DNA of 16,961 nt from Elusimicrobiota bacterium (GTDB taxonomy: Bacteria; Elusimicrobiota; Elusimicrobia; UBA1565). The translations under genes and the position numbers were made by a program. Within the stretch, counting starts at the first letter, position 1; each line of letters opens with the position of its first letter. Below are positions 15,495 to 16,961 of the stretch, piece by piece. The notes beneath the pieces are model-generated. The model was not told the origin of the DNA. It worked only from the letters and a program-made list of their open reading frames with translations, and ran no database searches. The DNA is taken from NCBI GenBank assembly GCA_043827405.1, contig JBDRPD010000044.1, positions 1 to 16,961 of the forward strand. The letters are read 5' to 3'.

Positions 15495-16442
15495 ATGTGG
15501 CAGCTCTCCGCCGGCATCTTCCTGGGCTGGGCGCTCGGCTCCAACGACGCCTCCAACATCTTCGGCACCGCCGTGGCCTCGCGGATGATCAGGTTCTGGA
15601 CCGCGGCCATTCTGTGTTCGATATTCGTTCTTCTCGGAGCCATAATCCAGGGCAGCAACGGGATAGAAACCTATCATGCGATGAGCCGCATCTCGCATAT
15701 CAACACCGCGTTTGTCGTGAGCTTTTCTTCGGCGCTCGCGGTGACGATGATGACGTACTGGAAGCTCCCCGTATCAACGAGCCATGCCGTCGTCGGCTCT
15801 CTCATCATGGTCGGCCTGGCCAACGGCCGGCTGGAACTCATGCCGCTGGTTAAGATCATCATCTGCTGGGTTTCGGCGCCGTTCGGCGCCATGATCATCG
15901 CTTACGTTCTGTTCTACGCCATCGGCCAGCTGCTGAACTGGCTGGACATGGATATCTTCGCCTATGACCGCAATATGCGCATCGCCCTGATCCTGGCGGG
16001 TTCCTACGGGGCCTATGCCCTCGGCGCCAACCATGTCGCCAACGTGACCGGGCCGTTCGTGGGGCCCGGGATGCTGAGCCCGCTCCAAGCTTGTTTGGTC
16101 GGAGGTCTGTCTATCGCTTTCGGAGTTTTGACCAACAGCCGCCGGGTCATGATGACGGTGGGACGCAACCTCGTCAAGCTCGACGCCTATACGGCTTTCA
16201 TCGTGGTCCTGTCCGAAGCGATTACGGTTCACACCTTCGCCCATGTCGGCGTGCCGGTGTCCACCAGCCAGGCGGTGGTGGGCGCGGTGCTGGGCATCGG
16301 CCTGGTCAGCGGGATGCGGACGGTGCAGCTGGGAACCTTCGGGCGCATCATCTTCGGCTGGGTATGCACGCCGCTGATCAGCTTCACGCTGACGGCGAGC
16401 ATGCTCTACACCTTCCGCTTCATCAACCGCTTCCTCCTCTAG
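15495..16442 (+). CDS. Inorganic phosphate transporter, PiT family
   Basis: GSNDASNIFGT and GANHVANVTG signatures, PVSTSHAVVG and PVSTSQAVVG motifs; start ATG 15495 (MWQLSAGIFLGW). Confidence 0.93.
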   Translation: MWQLSAGIFLGWALGSNDASNIFGTAVASRMIRFWTAAILCSIFVLLGAIIQGSNGIETYHAMSRISHINTAFVVSFSSALAVTMMTYWKLPVSTSHAVVGSLIMVGLANGRLELMPLVKIIICWVSAPFGAMIIAYVLFYAIGQLLNWLDMDIFAYDRNMRIALILAGSYGAYALGANHVANVTGPFVGPGMLSPLQACLVGGLSIAFGVLTNSRRVMMTVGRNLVKLDAYTAFIVVLSEAITVHTFAHVGVPVSTSQAVVGAVLGIGLVSGMRTVQLGTFGRIIFGWVCTPLISFTLTASMLYTFRFINRFLL

Positions 16443-16480
16443 TCTCGGCGGCTGTCGGTGTTTCCCGCCGGCTCAGGTCG

Positions 16481-16961
16481 CTACAGGTAGCGGGCGATGG
16501 AGAGGAGTTCTCCGGGCGGCAAAGTCGCGGTGGCGGCGCAGACCGGCTTGTCGTTGAGCAGGATGGAAGTTCCCGCCGCCTCGAACATCGGCAGGTCGGA
16601 GGTGCTGTCGCCCACGGCGAGAGTTTCCGCCGGGTCGATGCCGAGGCGGTAGCAGGCATCGCGCAGGATGGCGCCCTTGCTGAGCTTCCCCTCGGTCACT
16701 CCGGAGACGCCCATGCGGATGCCGCGCATCGCTCCTCCGGGATCCCAGCGGAAATCATTGGCGTGGATTTCCTTGAAGGCGAACCCGCACTCCCGGGCCA
16801 GCTTGTCGGCCAGGTAGCGGAAGCCGCTGGAGATGATGATCGCGGGCAGGCCGCGCTTTTTCAGCTCGGCGAGCAGCGGCGCGGTTTGCGGCCAAAAGGG
16901 AATCCCGGCCAGGGCGCCTTCCAGCACCTGCCGCTCGCGGCCCATCCACATCGCGACGTCG
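16481..16961 (-). CDS. HAD-IB family phosphatase (phosphoserine phosphatase-like), 5'-truncated by the window edge
   Basis: IISSGF (motif II), ANDF, SKG (motif III K), AVGDSTSDLPMF (motif IV); frame stays open past 16951 to the window edge. Confidence 0.85.
   Translation of the reverse strand, partial: DVAMWMGRERQVLEGALAGIPFWPQTAPLLAELKKRGLPAIIISSGFRYLADKLARECGFAFKEIHANDFRWDPGGAMRGIRMGVSGVTEGKLSKGAILRDACYRLGIDPAETLAVGDSTSDLPMFEAAGTSILLNDKPVCAATATLPPGELLSIARYL

Noticed and set aside
16443..16480. Terminator between the convergent PiT and HAD genes
   Set aside because: Only a weak 6-bp stem with a long loop and no U-tract.

Overview
High-GC bacterial chromosomal window with no rRNA, tRNA, CRISPR array or transposase. 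The left 9 kb is a dense signal-transduction cluster: two CckA-type hybrid histidine kinases, a membrane histidine kinase, a REC-GGDEF protein, a single-domain REC, an OmpR/PhoB regulator and two ~71%-identical BldC/excisionase-HTH + REC paralogues, interrupted by one small coiled-coil gene. The right half holds a DMP19/DUF4375 protein, a stand-alone cNMP-binding protein, a multi-TM GT-C-like protein with STT3/PglB-like motifs, 3-hydroxybutyryl-CoA and acyl-CoA dehydrogenases, an XRE regulator, a thioredoxin-like protein, a DUF47 + PiT phosphate-transport pair and a partial HAD phosphatase. The strongest candidate new system is regulatory: both HTH-REC paralogues share an identical recognition helix and each has an ATAACA-type 9-bp-period direct-repeat array at its predicted promoter, suggesting phosphorylation-gated BldC-like DNA binding. 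Other non-coding signals are a 4x11-bp OmpR-type array, a 14-bp G-rich repeat flanking TTGACA, a 27-bp REP-like palindrome and a palindrome bracketed by 9-bp direct repeats next to an XRE operator. Family calls come from motif recognition by eye; no database searches were run.
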